Below are positions 58,369 through 64,000 of a stretch of DNA of 64,000 nucleotides, in pieces. The stretch covers positions 640,001 through 704,000 of the forward strand of contig CAXXFF010000002.1 of assembly GCA_963676835.2 (NCBI GenBank), read 5' to 3'. A program made the translations under genes and the position numbers. This DNA comes from Marispirochaeta sp. GTDB taxonomy: Bacteria; Spirochaetota; Spirochaetia; JC444; Marispirochaetaceae. Within the stretch, counting starts at the first letter, position 1; the number at the start of each line of letters is the position of its first letter. Below the pieces are notes generated by a model that was given only the letters and a program-made list of their open reading frames with translations, was not told the DNA's origin and searched no databases.

Positions 58369-61344
58369 ATGGCAGAAACAACTGGCAGAGGGACTGTCGA
58401 CATTCTCCTGGAAGATCAGGGTTTGACGGCAATACTCAGCTTTTCTCCGGATCCGGACGGTCCGGAGCAGACTGGGGATACAATCCGTAATCTTCTCAAC
58501 GAGAAGGGCGTGCGCAATGGTGTAGACAGCGCTGCTCTGGAGAAGGCTGTTGCCTCGATTACAGGATCATCTTCTCTTCCTTCTCCTGTTGTAATCGCCA
58601 GGGGAACCCCTCCGGAACTTCCCGAACCCGCCGAAATTGAGTGGGAGGAGCTCCCGGTACCGGAGGATCTTCAGTATGATCTTTCCCGTACCCTTGAAAA
58701 TGCCCCGGCTCCGGAAGTGCATACCATTACCGTTGAAAAGATTAAACGAAGCCGCAAGGTTATAAAAAAGTCGAAGATTCCCTTTGCTGCACCCAAAGAG
58801 GTGGAGGAAGAGTACTTCGACAAGGTGGAGCGCAAAGAGAAGGTCTATGTAAACCCGGAGGTTATCGCCTCCGGTTGGTGTGAAGCAGGCATGGTCCTGG
58901 GGGTTAAAACTCCGGGGAAGCCGGGTAAACCGGGGAAAGATGTCTGCGGACAGCCGATTCCCGCGGCAGACGGGGAATCGACCTTCTACTGCGGTCCCGG
59001 TGTCAAGGAAACCTCCCAGGGCTATGAATCCCTTGAAACCGGATTTCTGCGCCGCGGCGCCAACTGGGTGGAGATTCTGCCGTTTCTGCAGCATAAATGG
59101 GAAGTAAGCCTTTCCGATGACCATAACACCTGCTATTTAAGCTTTACTCCCGGTGCCAAGGGGCTTATTCCTCCACCCGGTTCGGATATTGTCGCCAGGG
59201 CGGAGGAGCTTGGCTATCCTGCGGACAAGCTGCTGGGTACCCAGGATATTCAGGTTCTTGTTGCCGGCGCGGTAAAACAGGGGGAAGTGCTTGAAAAAGC
59301 ATCTATTTCTCTGGATGAAGACGGCTGGTTCGAGCTGCATACCTCCGAAGATAAGCTGAAAGCCTTTCTTTCCATGCGGAAGAAAAGGGGAAACGGAAAG
59401 CCTCTGGTACTCAAGGAGGTTGGGACTTCAATTCTAAGTGCCGGTCTCAAATCTCTGGACAAACAGGCTGTGCAGCAGGCCATTCTTGATTTCTACCGCA
59501 GCCCCGATTCTGAACTGAAGAATCATCTGCTTTCAGAGGGCAAGGAGGCGGCTGCCGGAGAGGACGGGAGTTTTGAACTTCAGGTAACCTACATGCCCCA
59601 GACTGACTGCGATGCCATTACCGCACGGATGACCGAACTGAAAGAGCAGGGATCGATGAGCCTCGATTCCTGGGCCGATTTTGACATTGAACAGGTGCAG
59701 AAGATGGCCCTGGTTAAAAAAGATCAGCTTATCGGTCAGATGTTTGCTGGAAAGTCGGGCGATCCGGGGTTTGATGTTTTCGGCAACCGTATAGACCCGC
59801 CGCCGGGAAAGGATGCGGGGGTAAAGACCTATGAAGGCCTTAAGGTTGAACGGGGCATGCTCATAGCTCAGATAGACGGGGTTATGGAGTTGGCCGAGAT
59901 TGACGGAGCAACCTTCTTAAGGCTTCATCCTCACCGCAGTGCCGCCGTATCCATTTCTCTTTCCGAAGACCGGATGAAGGCTTTTCTGACTATTTCGCCT
60001 ATTGAAGGCAGCGGTTTTGTCGCCACGGAAAAGCAGATTAATGAAGAAATAAAGAAAGCCGGAATCCTCAAAGGGCTGATGGAAGAAAAGGTGAAGGCTA
60101 TTTCCTCGTCAGCCCTTACGGGAGAGCATATTCTTGATGAGATTATCGCAGAGGGTACCGCGCCGCAGGATGCAGGCAGTGTAGAGGTTGAAATGAAGGT
60201 TCACCTTGCAAGCGGGCATGGTGTATCCATTGCAAAAGACGGCCATGCCGATTACAGAAGTCAGGACCGGATTACTGTAGTAAGTGAGGGCGATCTGCTG
60301 GCCGAAGTCCGGGTGCCCCAGGGAGGGGCTGAGCCTGGATGGGATGTCACCGGAAAAACCCTCAATGCCCGGGAACTTAAACAGGTGCCCTTATCTGCGG
60401 GTAATAATATTGATGTAAAAGAGGAAGAGGAGGGGATTACCCGCTATTATGCCAGGGTATCCGGAGCTCTGACGAATGAGAATAATGTGCTTGAAATAAA
60501 AGATGCCCATTTTGTGCCCGGTGATGTAGATATGAAAACGGGCAATGTTAAATTTAACGGCCCGGTTACGGTGAAAGGTTCTGTAATGCCCGGGTTTGTG
60601 GTTTTTGCCGCGGGAGATCTGCAGGTGGGCGGCATTGTAGACGGTGCGCTTCTCTCCGCAGATGGTTCCATTACCGTGGCTAACGGAGTAAAAGGCGCCG
60701 GAAAGGCGGTTCTCAGGGCCAAGCAGAATATTGCCGCCGGCTTTATTGAACAGGCTCATGCCATGGCAGTGGGTGATATCCGGGTAAAAAATTCCTGTTT
60801 GAGATCGAATGTCCGCTGTAACGGGCGGCTTACCCTTATAAGTGACAAGGGAAACTTTACCGGAGGCAACCTTAAATGCCGACGGGGTGCGGAGGTTCAG
60901 AACCTCGGGCACCCCAATGGTGTTCCTACCAAGGTCTTTTTCGGCCAGGATTACCTGATTGCAGACAGAATACAGGTGGAAGAGAAGGAAATTGCCAAAA
61001 CCAGGCAGAATGTGGCGAAAATAGATATGATACTTCACCGTCTGGAGGCAGCGGGGGAGAAAACCAAGCTCGCCCGGGCGCGTCAGGAAAAACTGAAGTT
61101 TGTGAAGCTCATTGAGAAACTGAGTCTGCGGCTGTTTACCCTGCGGGAAAAATTTGAGGAGCACTTTCCCTCGGAGATTGTAGTCCGCGGAACCCTTTTC
61201 CCGGGGGTGGTCTTTGAAAGCCACGGAAGGTATTATGAGGTGGATTCACCAAAAAAGTCTGTTATTGTCTATTTTGATCCCGATACCGGAAGGATCCAGA
61301 CAAAGCCGCTGGAAAAGGCGGCTAAAGATGACAAGGAGAAATAA
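58369..61344 (+). CDS. FapA (DUF342) family protein, long form
   Basis: GDVDMKTGNVKFNG, repeated S/TED..AFL modules, PG.PG.DV.G motifs, GTLFPGV. Confidence 0.88.
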   Translation: MAETTGRGTVDILLEDQGLTAILSFSPDPDGPEQTGDTIRNLLNEKGVRNGVDSAALEKAVASITGSSSLPSPVVIARGTPPELPEPAEIEWEELPVPEDLQYDLSRTLENAPAPEVHTITVEKIKRSRKVIKKSKIPFAAPKEVEEEYFDKVERKEKVYVNPEVIASGWCEAGMVLGVKTPGKPGKPGKDVCGQPIPAADGESTFYCGPGVKETSQGYESLETGFLRRGANWVEILPFLQHKWEVSLSDDHNTCYLSFTPGAKGLIPPPGSDIVARAEELGYPADKLLGTQDIQVLVAGAVKQGEVLEKASISLDEDGWFELHTSEDKLKAFLSMRKKRGNGKPLVLKEVGTSILSAGLKSLDKQAVQQAILDFYRSPDSELKNHLLSEGKEAAAGEDGSFELQVTYMPQTDCDAITARMTELKEQGSMSLDSWADFDIEQVQKMALVKKDQLIGQMFAGKSGDPGFDVFGNRIDPPPGKDAGVKTYEGLKVERGMLIAQIDGVMELAEIDGATFLRLHPHRSAAVSISLSEDRMKAFLTISPIEGSGFVATEKQINEEIKKAGILKGLMEEKVKAISSSALTGEHILDEIIAEGTAPQDAGSVEVEMKVHLASGHGVSIAKDGHADYRSQDRITVVSEGDLLAEVRVPQGGAEPGWDVTGKTLNARELKQVPLSAGNNIDVKEEEEGITRYYARVSGALTNENNVLEIKDAHFVPGDVDMKTGNVKFNGPVTVKGSVMPGFVVFAAGDLQVGGIVDGALLSADGSITVANGVKGAGKAVLRAKQNIAAGFIEQAHAMAVGDIRVKNSCLRSNVRCNGRLTLISDKGNFTGGNLKCRRGAEVQNLGHPNGVPTKVFFGQDYLIADRIQVEEKEIAKTRQNVAKIDMILHRLEAAGEKTKLARARQEKLKFVKLIEKLSLRLFTLREKFEEHFPSEIVVRGTLFPGVVFESHGRYYEVDSPKKSVIVYFDPDTGRIQTKPLEKAAKDDKEK

Positions 61345-62279
61345 TGCCCCTGCCATTCATTCATTTTCCCGACTGGATCTCTCCTGAGATAATTCCAGGT
61401 CTGCCGGTCCGCTGGTACGGCCTTATGTACCTTCTTGCCTTTTCCACAGCCTATGTGCTGGTACGGTTTCAGCTGAAAAAAGAGGAACCAGGGGCATCGA
61501 CAGAAATAATCGGTGACCTGTTTTTCTGGGTAATCCTCGGACTTCTCTTAGGTGCACGGCTGGTCTCTTCTCTTGTGTACGACACCACAGGCGAGTACTG
61601 GACAAAGCCCTGGCTTATCTTCTGGCCCTTTGATCAGCAGATGAATTTTACCGGTCTGCAGGGGATGTCTTTTCACGGAGGGCTCATCGGCGCAGTTGTC
61701 GGTGCGGCGCTGTTCTGCAGAAGACGTGGAATTTCCATGCTCCTCTGGACCGACAGAATAACCGCGGCGGTCCCTCTGGGGTATACCTTCGGCCGGTTGG
61801 GTAACTTTATCAACGGCGAGCTTTTCGGGCGCGTTACCGAAGCGCCCTGGGGAATGATCTTTCCCCATGCGGAACGTTTTCCCCGCAGTTTCCCCTGGGT
61901 GGCGGAAATTGCCGGAAGGCTTCATCTGACCGGAACCACCGCCGTCAATCTTCCCCGGCATCCCAGCCAGTTGTATGAAGCCTTTGGAGAGGGTCTGTTG
62001 CTTTGGCTTTTTCTCTGGTTTGTTATTCGGCCGGGGAAAAAATTCAACGGGTTTATATTCTCCTGGTACCTCATGGGCTATGGTGCCGTCCGCTTTGTAA
62101 TTGAATATTTCCGCCAGCCCGATACCAATATCGGGTTTATCCTCCGTCTTGGACCGGATCTCTCCATTTATCAGCCCGGCAGCTGGCTTAATTTCAGCCT
62201 GGGACAGCTTTTCTGTCTGCTGATGATCATAGCCGGCGGGGCAAGTTACTATCTTACCCGTAGGAAAGCACTTAGCTGA
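61344..62279 (+). CDS. lgt: Prolipoprotein diacylglyceryl transferase
   Basis: RWYGLMY, GMSFHGG, GRLGNFINGELFGR, RHPSQLYE, RFVIEYFRQPD. Confidence 0.97.
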   Translation: MPLPFIHFPDWISPEIIPGLPVRWYGLMYLLAFSTAYVLVRFQLKKEEPGASTEIIGDLFFWVILGLLLGARLVSSLVYDTTGEYWTKPWLIFWPFDQQMNFTGLQGMSFHGGLIGAVVGAALFCRRRGISMLLWTDRITAAVPLGYTFGRLGNFINGELFGRVTEAPWGMIFPHAERFPRSFPWVAEIAGRLHLTGTTAVNLPRHPSQLYEAFGEGLLLWLFLWFVIRPGKKFNGFIFSWYLMGYGAVRFVIEYFRQPDTNIGFILRLGPDLSIYQPGSWLNFSLGQLFCLLMIIAGGASYYLTRRKALS

Positions 62280-62295
62280 TCTTTTCTCCCAGCTT

Positions 62296-62340
62296 TGCCA
62301 TAGGGGATTCCCCTATGGCATGCTCAGGTATTTCCCCTAT
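62296..62340. promoter_or_regulatory. 25-bp palindrome plus related downstream site upstream of sigma gene
   Basis: TGCCATAGGGGA-T-TCCCCTATGGCA; CAGGTATTTCCCCTAT repeats the core 24 bp later. Confidence 0.55.
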
Positions 62341-62458
62341 ATATAAATCAGGCAAAGCCCCAGTAAAACTCTCAAGAATCCCCGATTTTGCGTAAGCCGT
62401 TTTCAGTGGATAGTAGTCAAGTACTTTAGGAAACAGCCGGAACGAGGAGGAACGGGGC

Positions 62459-63430
62459 ATGACGAAAACGGTTCAATTCAAAGATTATCTGGAAAAAGAG
62501 GATCAGTACCAGACGGAAACAGATCCACTGAGCCTTTACCTGCATCAGATTTCAAACTATGACTTGCTGAGCAAGGAAGAAGAGCTTCAACTTGGCAAAG
62601 AGATTGTAGATGCCCGTGAGGAACTTGCCGTTCTGGAACAGGATTTTGCTTCCGGTAAAATCAGCGAAGAGAATTACCGCTGCCTGAAAGAAATTGTTGA
62701 AAGCAGATCTGAAAAGCTTAAAAACAATATGATTACCTCCAATCTGCGGCTGGTTGTTTCCATTGCCAAGAAGTACCAGTATCGGGGCCTGGGATTTCTG
62801 GATCTTATCGATGAAGGAAATATCGGCCTTATCGAAGCGGTTGAACGGTTTGACTATACCAAGGGCTGTAAGTTTTCTACCTACGGAACCTGGTGGATCC
62901 AGCAGGCAATTATCAAGGCTCTTGCAGATAAGGGACGTACCATTCGGGTCCCCATCCATGTACTTAATTCCATCCGGAAGTGCTTTTCTGTTTCCAAACA
63001 TCTTACCCAGGAACTGGGCCGGGATCCTAAAGACTTTGAGGTTGCAGAATACATGGATCTTCCTGTGGACAGAGTTAAGCATCTTATGGAATTCAATAAT
63101 GATACAACTTCTCTGGACACTACAGTTGACGAGGATCATGCAACCTCTCTTTCCGATCTTATCTGCAGCGATGACTACAGAGAGCCTTTTGAGACGGTTT
63201 TCAGAAAGTCTCTCAAGGAAATTCTGGTTAAAACCCTGGATAATCTGAGTTTCCGGGAACGCCGTATAATTGAACTGCGCTATGGAATCACCGGGGAAGC
63301 CCCGCTTACCCTCGAAGAGATCGGATCCATTCTTAAAATCACCAGAGAACGGGTCAGGCAGATACAGAACAAGGCAATTGAGAAGCTTAAAACCTTCACA
63401 TCCATACAGGAACTTCAGGAAGTAATCTGA
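62459..63430 (+). CDS. RpoD/RpoS-like sigma-70 factor lacking region 1.1
   Basis: DPLSLYL, SNLRLVVSIAKKY, KFSTYGTWWI, TLEEIG..TRERVRQI. Confidence 0.95.
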   Translation: MTKTVQFKDYLEKEDQYQTETDPLSLYLHQISNYDLLSKEEELQLGKEIVDAREELAVLEQDFASGKISEENYRCLKEIVESRSEKLKNNMITSNLRLVVSIAKKYQYRGLGFLDLIDEGNIGLIEAVERFDYTKGCKFSTYGTWWIQQAIIKALADKGRTIRVPIHVLNSIRKCFSVSKHLTQELGRDPKDFEVAEYMDLPVDRVKHLMEFNNDTTSLDTTVDEDHATSLSDLICSDDYREPFETVFRKSLKEILVKTLDNLSFRERRIIELRYGITGEAPLTLEEIGSILKITRERVRQIQNKAIEKLKTFTSIQELQEVI

Positions 63431-63451
63431 CTTTCTTCAGAAACAGCATTT

Positions 63452-63490
63452 GCGCCGTCCGGAATTCCATCGTCCGGCGGCGCTTTTTTT
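63452..63490 (+). terminator. Rho-independent terminator
   Basis: GCGCCGTCCGGA..TCCGGCGGCGC followed by T7. Confidence 0.85.
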
Positions 63491-63594
63491 ATTGTTCTTG
63501 AATTTAGGGTGGAAATAGACCAAACTTAAAGTATGAAGTGTTGTTTACACTCATAAAATAGCAGGTTTCCTTCGATAATTAAAAGGAAGGAAGC

Positions 63595-63975
63595 ATGGAG
63601 CAATACTCTATGGCAAAGAAAATACTGGTTGTCGACGATTCAAAGGCCATCCGTCAGAGCGTCACTTTTGTTCTGGAACAGAATGATTTTGAAGTTATTG
63701 ATGCTGAAGACGGCCTTGATGCACTCGATAAACTTGATAATCAGACGGTCGATCTTATTATTACCGATGTGAATATGCCCAATATGAATGGGATAGAACT
63801 TATTCAGGAAGTCCGCACCAGGGACAATATGAAATTTGTTCCTATTCTGGTTCTTACAACGGAATCCCAGAATTCGGTAATGGATAAGGGAAAGGCTGCA
63901 GGTGCAACGGGATGGATAGTAAAGCCCTTCAGTACAGACAAGCTGCTTGCGGCGGTTAGAAAAGTCGTCGGCTGA
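63595..63975 (+). CDS. cheY: CheY-like single-domain response regulator
   Basis: VVDDS, TDVNMPNMNG, LTTES, GATGWIVKPF; ATG 63610 is an alternative start. Confidence 0.88.
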   Translation: MEQYSMAKKILVVDDSKAIRQSVTFVLEQNDFEVIDAEDGLDALDKLDNQTVDLIITDVNMPNMNGIELIQEVRTRDNMKFVPILVLTTESQNSVMDKGKAAGATGWIVKPFSTDKLLAAVRKVVG

Positions 63976-64000
63976 AAAGGAGACAGACAGAATGCCGAGA

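Noticed and set aside
1..64000. CRISPR array, tRNA/rRNA, integrase, transposase, sigma54 -24/-12 promoters
   Set aside because: No repeat-spacer periodicity, cloverleaf or such ORFs recognised; TGGCAC candidates near 43300 and 56658 lack the correctly spaced TTGC

Overview
Bacterial chromosomal window, most likely from a free-living spirochaete (inferred from the Zn-ribbon STAS protein, FapA/FlhG/lgt context, Asp-type MurA and lipobox style). Positions 1 to about 36.7 kb are a large, compositionally mosaic surface-glycan locus. It contains: (i) a CDP-3,6-dideoxyhexose pathway (rfbH/rfbF/rfbG) with an aminotransferase, a ThDP carboligase, an SDR and a GtrII/GtrB/GtrA trio; (ii) a legionaminic-acid pathway with an ElaABC/PtmFBA-like tail; (iii) a divergent pair of extra neuA/neuB units, one with a catalytically degenerate NeuB; (iv) an unusual nucleotidyltransferase-NDK-kinase three-domain protein beside a GT2 and a thymidylate-kinase-like protein; (v) a nucleotide-sugar epimerase whose 3' end is duplicated around a 790-bp hicBA islet; (vi) wecA, GT4, a beta-helix lipoprotein and two Wzi-like barrels. 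From about 36.7 kb to 64 kb is higher-GC core genome: HD protein, a DapA-like/URO-D-like pair, thrC, aspartokinase, murA, pspA, STAS, a sigma54-type AAA+ protein, rsmE, S41 protease, FlhG-like ATPase, FapA, lgt, a sigma-70 factor and cheY. An AT-rich intergenic segment at 48.55-48.82 kb carries two perfect DnaA boxes. No rRNA, tRNA, CRISPR array, integrase or transposase was recognised. All calls come from reading motifs by eye; no database searches were run.
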